From Promethearchaeota archaeon (GTDB lineage: Archaea; Asgardarchaeota; Lokiarchaeia; Sigyniarchaeales; SOKP01): a DNA stretch of 30,024 nucleotides. The notes beneath the pieces are model-generated. The model was not told the origin of the DNA and ran no database searches. It saw only the letters and a list, made by a program, of their open reading frames with translations. The DNA is taken from positions 1 to 30,024 of the forward strand of contig RDOE01000043.1 of the NCBI GenBank assembly GCA_011364975.1, written 5' to 3'. Position 1 is the stretch's first letter; each line of letters opens with the position of its first letter. Positions 18,347-27,526 of this stretch are shown piece after piece. The position numbers and the translations under genes were made by a program.

Positions 18347-19039
18347 ATGATTAAAGCGATAATGTTTGATTTAGATGGAACACTTATTGGACAAAAAAAG
18401 GCTAGTTCCGTGGTCTTAAGTCAATTTTATTCAGAAAACAAGGCACGATTTGGCAATATGGAACAAAAAGAATTTTTTAATAATTGGTTTAAAGCAGGTC
18501 GAAAAAATCTCCAAGATTTTCTTAAAGGCGAAATCACATTTGAGGATAAAATGATTACTCAAATTTTAGAGTTTTTTCAAAATTCAAATAATAAAATCGT
18601 AGAAAGTGAAGCAAGTGAAATCTTTAATAAATTTTTACCGATTTATGAAGAAAATATTATCTTATTTGATGATGTAATACCATGTTTAGAATATTTATTA
18701 AAAGAGAAATATCAACTTGGAATAATTACAAATGGACACAGTAAGGATCAAAGAGAAAAGCTGCGTAGATTTAATCTTGAAAAGTATTTTCCTACAGTAA
18801 TCGTTTCAGGCGAAATTGGGTTTGCTAAACCTAGTGCAGAAATATTTCTCGAATGTGCTAATATCCTTAAGTTATCTCCCAATGAAATAATGTATATTGG
18901 AGATATGGTTGAAATGGATGTAATTGGAGCTAATGAGGTTGGAATACGAGGAATTTGGCTCAACAGGGAATCTGAAAAAAACCAAAATGATATCCTTTCT
19001 ATATCAACGTTAAATGAATTAAAAAATCTAATAGAGTAA
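18347..19039 (+). CDS. HAD-family hydrolase (YjjG-like)
   Basis: FDLDGTL, ITNG, AKP, IGDMVEMDVIGA. Confidence 0.88.
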   Translation: MIKAIMFDLDGTLIGQKKASSVVLSQFYSENKARFGNMEQKEFFNNWFKAGRKNLQDFLKGEITFEDKMITQILEFFQNSNNKIVESEASEIFNKFLPIYEENIILFDDVIPCLEYLLKEKYQLGIITNGHSKDQREKLRRFNLEKYFPTVIVSGEIGFAKPSAEIFLECANILKLSPNEIMYIGDMVEMDVIGANEVGIRGIWLNRESEKNQNDILSISTLNELKNLIE

Positions 19040-19069
19040 ATATATACAATTAAATTAAAGTCAGGGTTT

Positions 19070-19621
19070 ATGGAGCAAAACGAAGCCATCATTTTAGATA
19101 GAGATGGAGTCTTAATAGAGGATAAAAATTATTCCTATAAAATTGAAGATTTAGAGATTTTACCCGGAGTTATAGAGGGTTTAAAATTATTGCAAGCCAA
19201 GTTCTTATTTTTTATTGTAACCAATCAATCAGGGATTGGGATGGGTTATTACACAGTTAAAGAGTTTCAAATTTATAACGATCACTTAATCTTTCTTTTA
19301 AAAAAGCATGATATACATATTCAAAAAACCTTTTTCTGTCCACATCTTAAGGAAGAAAATTGTGAATGTAGAAAACCTAACCCTAAATATTTGTTTGAAA
19401 TTAGAGATGGTTGGGATATAGATTTGAAATCATCATGGGTATTTGGAGATCATCCATCAGATATCATTTTTGGAATAAATGGAGGATGCAAAACAGTATA
19501 TATGGTTACTGGTCATGGTGAAAAACATTTAAAGGAATTGGAATCTCAAAATATTAAACCAAATCTAGTAAGCTCGAAATTTTTTAATGCCGCAAAACGG
19601 ATCCTTGAAATCTCTGATTAA
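19070..19621 (+). CDS. HAD-IIIA phosphatase (GmhB / histidinol-phosphatase-like)
   Basis: LDRDGVL, VTNQSGI, CPH...CECRKP, GDHPSD. Confidence 0.88.
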   Translation: MEQNEAIILDRDGVLIEDKNYSYKIEDLEILPGVIEGLKLLQAKFLFFIVTNQSGIGMGYYTVKEFQIYNDHLIFLLKKHDIHIQKTFFCPHLKEENCECRKPNPKYLFEIRDGWDIDLKSSWVFGDHPSDIIFGINGGCKTVYMVTGHGEKHLKELESQNIKPNLVSSKFFNAAKRILEISD

Positions 19622-19735
19622 ATTCAGAAAGTTTTGTTTTAAAACTCACCTTATCTTAAATAAGAGGCCAATATAAAAGCGTAGTATAATATATCCAAAT
19701 TATGTGACCATATCACCTTTTTTATTTAATTTAAG

Positions 19736-20200
19736 ATGCTCAATAAAAAAATAAATAATGCAACCCTTTGGGATAAAATTCGGAAACTAAGAGAGCTGAT
19801 TAAGTCAGAAATAGAATTCAAAGAAAGAATTTGTTGGAATTGTGGTAAAGGTTTAAACATCTATGATTTTATGAGTGATAATGTTTATTATAGTCCAGAA
19901 TATATTCTAAGATTATGGCAAGCTTCTGTACTTCAGTTTCATTGCTGTGATTGTTTTAAAAATTTAAAAATAGATGAACTTAAAAATATTGAACAAGAGT
20001 TAGGTAAAAGATGTTGTTTGTTTTGTAATAAATCAATGGATATTTATCAATTTAGCAAAATTAATAGTGATTTGAAGATATATGAGCTAAAAATTCTCTG
20101 GCTTGATAGGAATTATGAGCTATTTTGTGATAATTTGTGTAAACGGAAGTATTACAAAAAATATTATGATTTTCTTAATAAAATAAAAAATAAAAAATAA
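19736..20200 (+). CDS. Hypothetical protein with two tandem Cys-rich putative metal-binding repeats
   Basis: CWNC...CCDC and CCLFC...FCDNLC with shared IYxF and LW spacing. Confidence 0.7.
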   Translation: MLNKKINNATLWDKIRKLRELIKSEIEFKERICWNCGKGLNIYDFMSDNVYYSPEYILRLWQASVLQFHCCDCFKNLKIDELKNIEQELGKRCCLFCNKSMDIYQFSKINSDLKIYELKILWLDRNYELFCDNLCKRKYYKKYYDFLNKIKNKK

Positions 20201-20216
20201 TGTTATAAAATTGAAT

Positions 20217-21398
20217 TTAATCTCTATCTCTTTTAAACACGCTAGGCAAAGCATGTTCATATTGTTTCATAACAAAACGAGAGATAACTATTCTTTGTAT
20301 TTCACTTGTTCCCTCGTAAATTTGATATAACTTTGCATCTCTAAATAATTTTTCAACAGGATATGTCCTTAAATACCCATATCCACCAAATATTTGAATC
20401 GCTTCTGTAGTTACATTCATTGCCACATCTGAGGCAAATGCTTTAGCAATCGAAGAACTTAAATTGTTATCCATCCCTTGATCCGCTTCCCAAGCAGCCT
20501 TATAGGTTAAGAGCCGTGCAGCTTCTACATCCTTATACATATTTGCTATCTTTTCTTGAATCATTTGATAATTTCCTATTGGTCGGCCGAATGCTTCTCT
20601 CTTGTTAGCGTAATCTATTGAATATTCCATTGCTGAACGAGCGCATCCTACTGCGAATGCTCCTATTGCAGGGCGAGTATGAGCAAAAGTTTGCATTGCT
20701 AAAACGAATCCTCTGCCAGGTTTCGCAAGAACATTTTCTTTTGGAATTCTCACGTTTTTAAGCCCTACAGCAACAGTATTAGAAGCTCTTTGTCCTAATT
20801 TTGGGATATGTTTCCCCAATCGGACTCCTTCCGATTTTGAATCCACAATAAATGCTGCGATTCCTTTATGCTTTTTTTCAGGATCTACTGTAGCAAATAC
20901 GGTAATATAATCAGCAAATCCCCCATTAGTTATCCAAAACTTATTTCCATTTAAGATGTACTCATCACCATCTTTTTCAGCGCGGCATTTCATCCCGGCA
21001 ACATCTGAGCCCATTGAAGCTTCAGAAGTCGCAAAAGCAATTAATTTAAAGTCATTTATTAATTCTCCTAAAATTCTCTGCTTTTGCTCTTCATTACCTC
21101 CAATTATAATTGGTTCTGCACCAAGATTATTATCAAAGATTGAAGTCGCAATTCCAGGACAAGCAGATGACATTTCTTCTACTACGATACATGAATCAAG
21201 TAAACCATACCCAAGACCACCATATTTCGTTGGAATAGCTAAATTCAACAGATCCTCTTCCCAAGCTTTTTTAATGACGGGAAGGGGGAACTCCTCTGAA
21301 GCATCATATTTTTGAGCAACCGGTAATACTTCACGAATAGCAAACTCTCTTGCTTTCTTTTGTAATGCTTTTTGTGCATCTGATAACATAAAATCCAT
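20217..21398 (-). CDS. Acyl-CoA dehydrogenase
   Basis: FATSEASMGSD, LNGNKFWITNG, REAFGRPI, AIQIFGGYGY, IYEGTSEIQ (catalytic Glu). Confidence 0.95.
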   Translation of the reverse strand: MDFMLSDAQKALQKKAREFAIREVLPVAQKYDASEEFPLPVIKKAWEEDLLNLAIPTKYGGLGYGLLDSCIVVEEMSSACPGIATSIFDNNLGAEPIIIGGNEEQKQRILGELINDFKLIAFATSEASMGSDVAGMKCRAEKDGDEYILNGNKFWITNGGFADYITVFATVDPEKKHKGIAAFIVDSKSEGVRLGKHIPKLGQRASNTVAVGLKNVRIPKENVLAKPGRGFVLAMQTFAHTRPAIGAFAVGCARSAMEYSIDYANKREAFGRPIGNYQMIQEKIANMYKDVEAARLLTYKAAWEADQGMDNNLSSSIAKAFASDVAMNVTTEAIQIFGGYGYLRTYPVEKLFRDAKLYQIYEGTSEIQRIVISRFVMKQYEHALPSVFKRDRD

Positions 21399-21410
21399 TT
21401 TTTATTACCT

Positions 21411-22619
21411 CTAAATACTCATTTTATCTATTAACTTATCGATAATGAGCTTAAAGTCTAAATCAGCTGGTTTTGGAACATATTTAATTTTGATTTTTTC
21501 ATCCATAACATCAAATTTAGTATCCTGTAAAATTTGGACAATCTCATCAGGGCATTGACCTGACCATCCATAGGACCCAAATGCAAGCCCAATCTTATTC
21601 ATTGGTTTAAGTCCTTTCTGATAAGATAAATACTCTGCAACTGTTGGATATAACCCATTGTTTAATGTTGGACTTCCTACTAAAATGGCCTTTGCTTTCA
21701 TAGCTTCTGTTATTACATCTGAGTAATCAGCAGTGGTAAGTTTAAACCTTTTAACAGCAATTCCTCGATGTTCGATTTCATTCTGAAGAGCTTTAGCTAT
21801 TTTTTCCGTACTACCCCACATAGTATCATAGACTATAAGAACGCTTTTTTCATCTAGCTCTCCTTTACTCCATTTAGTATACGCTTCCACAATATCTTTA
21901 ATATTACTTCGCCAACAAACACCATGAGAAGGACATATAAGATCAATTGGTAAAGATCCAACTTTAGGTAAGACTTTTGCGATCAAACCTGATAAATGAA
22001 GAAGGATATTCGCATAATACTTTTCTGCTTCTTGCATTATTACACACATATCATTTTCATCATCCCAACGCTTAGATGTAGCAAAATGCTGACCAAAGGC
22101 ATCATTAGAAAAAAGTACATTCTTTCCCTTTTCATCAGTCATGAAAGATACCATAGAATCTGGCCAATGAATCATAGGAATTGGAACAAACGTAAATTTC
22201 TTTCCATTACCTATGTCTAAAGTATCTCCCTCTTTGACTGCTCTAATTCTGTTGAATAGATCATCTGCTAATTCTTCATGATAATGTCCTCTTAATGCAT
22301 CAACTCCTCTTTCGGAAGCTATAATTTCTGTATTGGGAAGATGCTTTACAATTAATGGAAAAGAGCCTGAATGATCAGGTTCAACATGATTGACGATTAA
22401 ATAATCTATATCTTCAAGCTTGCATATTGATTTTATATTCTCTAAGAAATATTCAAAATAAGGACGCTTAACGGTATCTATTAAAACTGTTTTCTCTCCC
22501 TTAACTATATAAGCGTTATAGCTACTTCCTTTATGAGTGCTATACCCATGAAAATTTCGCACCTCGAAATCAACATATCCTACATACCATACATCTTTCA
22601 TTAATTCTAAATGTGTCAT
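21411..22619 (-). CDS. fprA: Flavodiiron protein (FprA, O2/NO reductase)
   Basis: HVEPDH, HWPD, SNDAFG, PSHG; flavodoxin domain YDTMWGSTE, GSPT, FGSYGWSG. Confidence 0.95.
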   Translation of the reverse strand: MTHLELMKDVWYVGYVDFEVRNFHGYSTHKGSSYNAYIVKGEKTVLIDTVKRPYFEYFLENIKSICKLEDIDYLIVNHVEPDHSGSFPLIVKHLPNTEIIASERGVDALRGHYHEELADDLFNRIRAVKEGDTLDIGNGKKFTFVPIPMIHWPDSMVSFMTDEKGKNVLFSNDAFGQHFATSKRWDDENDMCVIMQEAEKYYANILLHLSGLIAKVLPKVGSLPIDLICPSHGVCWRSNIKDIVEAYTKWSKGELDEKSVLIVYDTMWGSTEKIAKALQNEIEHRGIAVKRFKLTTADYSDVITEAMKAKAILVGSPTLNNGLYPTVAEYLSYQKGLKPMNKIGLAFGSYGWSGQCPDEIVQILQDTKFDVMDEKIKIKYVPKPADLDFKLIIDKLIDKMSI

Positions 22620-22809
22620 GATTAGTTTAACTCCTTTTTTAGGATTTAATTTATGTTATACTTCTTTTTGTATTTAATAAATTTAATTTCTTTATCTTAT
22701 AAATTAAATCTAAAAAAATTGAAGATGATAAGGATTAAATAATTAAAAGAAATAATTATACATGTAAAAATAAGAATCCAATAAAAATCGTTTAATTTAA
22801 GGATGCTAA

Positions 22810-23484
22810 ATGAGAATTTTAAAAAAGCAATTTAAACATTATGTAATTACTTATTTAATCCTAATAGTATGGTACCTTATTTGTTGCGTAATTTTCATAC
22901 CTTATCTAATTTTAGGGGGTTTTATCAATATTATATTATATATTGCGTCTGTATATACTTTTTATAAATATTATTTTACTCTCAGCTTTAAGCTTGGATT
23001 AAGTGCAACTATTTTTTATTTCCTACCTTTTGGTTTAATTTTTCTTTTTGGATTTTACTTTAGTCCAATAGCAGCGATGTATCTAATATTTTTTCCAATG
23101 TCGATAATTTCATGGGTCGGGGCTATAATATTCCTTGTTATATTAAAAAAGTATTTAGAAATTGAGCCTAATTTAAAAGAAGAACATGAGATTGAAATGA
23201 AAGTAAGAAATATGGATTTTGAGACAAGAAAGAACCGATTATTGGGGATGGTTAGGATTGATAAATTTTTGGATCTTGAAAAGGCTCAACTTTTTCTTGG
23301 AATGAGTAAATACGACATCAAAGCTCTTATCTATGATTTAGCGGGTGAGAAAAAACTAGAAGGTGATTTTAAAGATAATAGGTTTATTATTACATCGAAT
23401 ATTGATGATTTCTTGTTAGAATTAGAACTTAGTTTCATTAATTGGCAAGAAAAGACCACTTTGAGTCATACTAAGGTAAGATAA
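22810..23484 (+). CDS. Membrane protein (about 4 TM helices) with a C-terminal PCI/winged-helix-like domain
   Basis: Hydrophobic aa 10-112; then LDLEKAQLFLGMSKYDIKALIYDLAGEKKLEGDFKDNRFII, a winged-helix pattern judged by eye. Confidence 0.6.
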   Translation: MRILKKQFKHYVITYLILIVWYLICCVIFIPYLILGGFINIILYIASVYTFYKYYFTLSFKLGLSATIFYFLPFGLIFLFGFYFSPIAAMYLIFFPMSIISWVGAIIFLVILKKYLEIEPNLKEEHEIEMKVRNMDFETRKNRLLGMVRIDKFLDLEKAQLFLGMSKYDIKALIYDLAGEKKLEGDFKDNRFIITSNIDDFLLELELSFINWQEKTTLSHTKVR

Positions 23485-23553
23485 ATAACTGCAAGCAACT
23501 CTACCAGATTATTAGAATTCAATAAAAAAAAGAAAAATAATAGTATACAAAAC

Positions 23554-23694
23554 TTAATCAGATATTTTAGTAAAAAAACTTTTGTCAACACCACAGACAG
23601 GACATACCCAATCATCAGGTAAATCTTCCCATTTGGTGCCTTCAGCATCTTCATCGTAGATATAGCCACAAGCACCGCATTCGTATTTTGCTAT
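23554..23694 (-). CDS. Rubredoxin (46 aa) with apparent ATA start
   Basis: Hand-translated (M)[45 protein letters not shown]; AGGTGA 6 nt before ATA. Absent from the ORF track. Confidence 0.9.
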   Translation of the reverse strand: MAKYECGACGYIYDEDAEGTKWEDLPDDWVCPVCGVDKSFFTKISD

Positions 23695-23869
23695 GAGTTT
23701 TCACCTATTTTAAGTTATTTTTTAATTTTCTTGATTATTTTGGATTTATGAATTGAATCTATGTTAAAAATATTAATTTAATAATTTATAAATAAGATAG
23801 ATTTTTTATCGCGCTTAAAGGACTATTTTATTAGTTTTTATCGAAGGAAAAAAAAAGAAAATAATGAGA

Positions 23870-24082
23870 TTATATTTTTAATTCAATGACTCTTTCTTGA
23901 TGGTCTTTTACTTTATCTGGAGTCAATTTATAGAATTTCCAGAATATAAGAGTTCCAATGAGCATTATAATACCAGGAATTAAAGCAAAATGAAGATCGA
24001 TTCCAAAGAGAGCAGAGCTAGAAGTAGGATTAACGTCAAATCCAGTTAGAATATGAACAATCGAAAATGAAGCGGCTTGCAT
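23870..24082 (-). pseudogene. C-terminal fragment of an MFS/GPH-type transporter
   Basis: IVHILTGF...LHFALIPGIIMLIGTLIFWKFYKLT resembles the last helices of MelB/GPH-like transporters; in-frame TAA two codons upstream and only 49 nt to the previous gene. Confidence 0.55.
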
Positions 24083-24131
24083 TGATTATGAAATTTCAAA
24101 TAGAAAGGAAAAAAGTATTTTGGAAGGAGGT

Positions 24132-25754
24132 TTAACTAGCTCTTCTAAGAATTTTACCCGGATATTTTCTCTTCTGCTTTCCATGATCTACAACAATGAC
24201 TCCGTTGACAATGACATACATAATACCTTCCGGAAATTGGATGGGATTATTATAAGTTGCTTTATCCCTTATTCTTTTTGGATCAAAAACAACAACATCC
24301 GCCCAGTTGCCTTCATAAATCAATCCTCGGTCTCTTAAACCAATTTTTCGAGCAGGAAAGGATGTCATTTTGCGAATTGCCTCTTCCCATCCTAGTAATT
24401 GTCTTTCACGCACGTATAGAGCGAAAATTCTCGGATAAGTTCCAAAGAGTCGTGGGTGAACTACTCCAATCATAGGATTAGCGGGGACCCCAGCTCCATC
24501 CGTTCCTATCATTTGAAACGGACTAGTCATTATTCTTTCTATATCCTCATCGGACATTGATTCGATGGTAATCATCACATCAAAATTCTCATCAATTAAT
24601 AATTGAAAGAAGGTTTGCCAATCATTGTCTAAGCCTTTTATTTTAGTAATTTGAGAGATGGATTTTCCTCTAATCTCTTTCCATTTTTCAGTTTGAGCTG
24701 TAGAAATATATAGTTTATCGAATCCATTGTTTTTAATCCAATTCTCCCACCCTTTAATCCCTTTTTCGATATCTGCTATAATCTTTTTTTGGATAGCTGT
24801 GTCTTTTATCCTTTCTAAAGATTTTTCTCTTCCTCCCTCCAAAACCCAGGGAGGAAGAGCAGTTGGAAGATTTGACATCCCTCTTTTATACGGATATTGA
24901 TCGAATGTTATATTTAACCCTTTTAAGTTAGCTTCCTCAACTAATTTTAAAGCTTTAATACTGTTACCCCAATTTTTTTTCCCAGATACCTTAAAATGTG
25001 CTATTTGGCCCCCAATACAATTAGATTTTTCCACTATCTCTATAAATTCTTTAATTGCAGTAAGTAAATTCTCATCCTCACCCCTAAGATGCGAAAAGTA
25101 AAGGCCTCCATACTCTGCGACTATCTTACACAATTCAATCAACTCATTTGTCGATGAATATACCTGAGGGGGATAAATTAGCCCTGTACTCATTCCAAAT
25201 GCTCCTGCTTGCATTGCTTCTCTAAGATATCGTTTCATTGTTTCCATCTCTTCTTGGGTGGCAGGACGATTTTCAAATCCTTGACCTCCAGCAATTCGGA
25301 TATTTCCATATCCTACGAAAAATGCAGAATTAGCCGGACATCTGATATCTTCCATGTTAGCTAAATATTCAGAAAAGGAGTTCCATTTAAATTCATATTC
25401 TTTATAAAGCGAAGATTGCGCCGTGAGTATATCTCTAATAGGCTCAATTTTCTCAGGATGGAGTGGAGCTAATCCATCACCACACATCCCTATTGTTTGG
25501 GTTGTTATACCTTGTTGGATTGTAGACTCTACCTTAGATAAAAGGGGAAGGACATAATCAGTATGAGAATGAATATCTATAAATCCAGGACAGATTATAC
25601 AGCCTTTAGCATCTATAGAAGTGGCAGCATCATCCTTTAAATTATATCCGATTTTTTCAATTTTACCATGTTTAATTTCGATATCACTTGTATATGCAGG
25701 ATTTCCTGTCCCATCAATAATTCTACCATTTTTTATAACAATATCGTAGCTCAT
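24132..25754 (-). CDS. D-aminoacylase (N-acyl-D-amino acid deacylase, amidohydrolase family)
   Basis: IKNGRIIDGTG, PGFIDIHSHTD, GMCG, GMSTGLIYPP, SHLRGE, IAHFK, IGTDG, HPRLFGTYPR. Confidence 0.92.
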   Translation of the reverse strand: MSYDIVIKNGRIIDGTGNPAYTSDIEIKHGKIEKIGYNLKDDAATSIDAKGCIICPGFIDIHSHTDYVLPLLSKVESTIQQGITTQTIGMCGDGLAPLHPEKIEPIRDILTAQSSLYKEYEFKWNSFSEYLANMEDIRCPANSAFFVGYGNIRIAGGQGFENRPATQEEMETMKRYLREAMQAGAFGMSTGLIYPPQVYSSTNELIELCKIVAEYGGLYFSHLRGEDENLLTAIKEFIEIVEKSNCIGGQIAHFKVSGKKNWGNSIKALKLVEEANLKGLNITFDQYPYKRGMSNLPTALPPWVLEGGREKSLERIKDTAIQKKIIADIEKGIKGWENWIKNNGFDKLYISTAQTEKWKEIRGKSISQITKIKGLDNDWQTFFQLLIDENFDVMITIESMSDEDIERIMTSPFQMIGTDGAGVPANPMIGVVHPRLFGTYPRIFALYVRERQLLGWEEAIRKMTSFPARKIGLRDRGLIYEGNWADVVVFDPKRIRDKATYNNPIQFPEGIMYVIVNGVIVVDHGKQKRKYPGKILRRAS

Positions 25755-25841
25755 AACTAATGTTTAGGAAACAAATATATTATGATTTACTATAAATCAA
25801 AAGCGTAAAAGAAAGAGAATGAGATTTAAATAAACCTTGAA

Positions 25842-25982
25842 TTAAAGCTCTTTTTTAACGAAAAAAGACTTAGATGCCCTACATTTAGGACATTTGAAAT
25901 CTTCTTCAACTTTTTCAAATGGTTTAGCTTGTTCATCATCTAAATAAAGATAGTTACATCGTTTACATCTATGAATACTCAT
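25842..25982 (-). CDS. Rubredoxin-like protein (46 aa)
   Basis: Hand-translated MSIHRCKRCNYLYLDDEQAKPFEKVEEDFKCPKCRASKSFFVKKEL*; GGAGGA SD upstream; begins 14 nt after the oxidoreductase stop. Below ORF-track length. Confidence 0.88.
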   Translation of the reverse strand: MSIHRCKRCNYLYLDDEQAKPFEKVEEDFKCPKCRASKSFFVKKEL

Positions 25983-25996
25983 ATTTTGTATCCTCC

Positions 25997-27379
25997 TTAA
26001 TCAATTTTTTTCCTAAAATACTCCTTTGATGCGCCACAGTTGGGGCATTTATAATCATTGGGTAAATCTTCAAAAGCAATACCCATTTTTGCTTCATCAT
26101 ACAGATCTCCACACTTCTCACATCTATATATATATAAATCTAGCAATTTTCGAAGCTCATCTTTATTAACATCCTCTTCCATCTTTTTGTATACATATGA
26201 CACAGCTTTTTTTTCTCCGAACAATATTGCACCCTTTAGCTTGTTATCTTTAAGGATAATCTTTTGATAACAGCAATCTTTTACATCAGCTTTTTTTAAA
26301 ATATCCCAACTTCCCCCTTCTCCTTCCACAGGATTTATTATTCCAATTGACGTTAAATCTAATCCCATGATTTTTAACGTATTTTTGGGGATAGTACCGT
26401 CATATTCCTTAGTTTTAGCACCTATAATAGTGGCTGCGATAATTTTTGATTGCTCCATACAAGCTGGAATTATTCCATATATTTGGTTATTATATTCGAT
26501 ACAGTCTCCTACCGCATAAACATCTGTTTCGCTTGTTTCTAAATATTCATTAATAACTATCCCTTTATTGGTTTTAATACCAGCATTCTTTGCTAAATCA
26601 ATAGTAGGATTGATTCCTGCTTGTATTAATACAATACCTGCATCAAATTGACGACCATCTTTTAATTTGATTCCTGCAACCTTACCATTTCCTAGTATTT
26701 CTTGAGTGGTTGCATTTAAAACGACTTCAATACCTCTTCTTTCAATCTCGTCTTTAAGCATTTTTCCGCATTCTTCATCTAATTGCCTTGGTAATAATCT
26801 TGGAAAAAATTCAACGACAGTTGTTTTCAATTTTGTGTCCTTAATTTGATTTGCTAATTCAAGTCCCAGTAATCCACCTCCAATAACGATTGCTTTTTCA
26901 TTAGGGATTGAAGCAATAAAATTTTTAATTTCCAAAGCATCATCAATGTTACGTAATGTGAAAACTCCTTGTTTGTTATTTTTCATTTCTACTGCTTTAT
27001 TAATAGGTGGAATATTAGGAGTACTCCCCAAGGCTAAAATTAGTTTATCGTAGTTTATAGATTTATTTTTATTTGAAAAATGAACTGTTTTATTTTCGAG
27101 GTTAATATGTTCTGCTTTATGACCCAAAAATAGCTTCAAATCTTTGGTTTTATACCAATCCTCATCAAATACAATTAAATCTTGAATTAATTTTTTACCA
27201 GATATAACTTCGGGCAAATTAATTCGGGTATAATAAGGATATGCTTCTTGAGTATAAATTTCAATTTCAATCTCCTCATTTAGAAATCTAAGGTTTTGTG
27301 CTGTAAAGGTACCCGCAACATTATTACCTATTATCACTACCTTCATAGGTTTATTAGCTTTAACATCCTTTTTTAACAT
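25997..27379 (-). CDS. NAD(P)H:rubredoxin oxidoreductase-like flavoprotein with C-terminal rubredoxin domain
   Basis: IIGNNVAG, LILALGS, GGGLLG, YAVGDC; C-terminal YRCEKCGDLY...FEDLPNDYKCPNCG. Confidence 0.9.
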   Translation of the reverse strand: MLKKDVKANKPMKVVIIGNNVAGTFTAQNLRFLNEEIEIEIYTQEAYPYYTRINLPEVISGKKLIQDLIVFDEDWYKTKDLKLFLGHKAEHINLENKTVHFSNKNKSINYDKLILALGSTPNIPPINKAVEMKNNKQGVFTLRNIDDALEIKNFIASIPNEKAIVIGGGLLGLELANQIKDTKLKTTVVEFFPRLLPRQLDEECGKMLKDEIERRGIEVVLNATTQEILGNGKVAGIKLKDGRQFDAGIVLIQAGINPTIDLAKNAGIKTNKGIVINEYLETSETDVYAVGDCIEYNNQIYGIIPACMEQSKIIAATIIGAKTKEYDGTIPKNTLKIMGLDLTSIGIINPVEGEGGSWDILKKADVKDCCYQKIILKDNKLKGAILFGEKKAVSYVYKKMEEDVNKDELRKLLDLYIYRCEKCGDLYDEAKMGIAFEDLPNDYKCPNCGASKEYFRKKID

Positions 27380-27526
27380 TTTTATTATGATTTCTAAATT
27401 ATAAGGAAAATAAGGGTTTGAGAAGATGTTCGCGAAAAAGATTATAATTTTTACAAAATAGGTTTTTAAGTGAAACTACGCTAAATTGTAATTAATATTA
27501 TATTAAAATGTAAAAGGTGAAATAAA

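Noticed and set aside
18333-18348. TTTAAGGTTAAATTAT matching the reverse complement of the 10535-10571 palindrome right arm
   Set aside because: Almost all A/T and coincides with the SD/start of the HAD gene; plausible by chance.
19646-19719. Two minus-strand AAGGTGA SD-like motifs
   Set aside because: Followed only by trivially short ORFs (e.g. ATG GTC ACA TAA).
23466-23675. ORF-track 69-aa minus-strand ORF
   Set aside because: Off-frame shadow of the real rubredoxin at 23554-23694.
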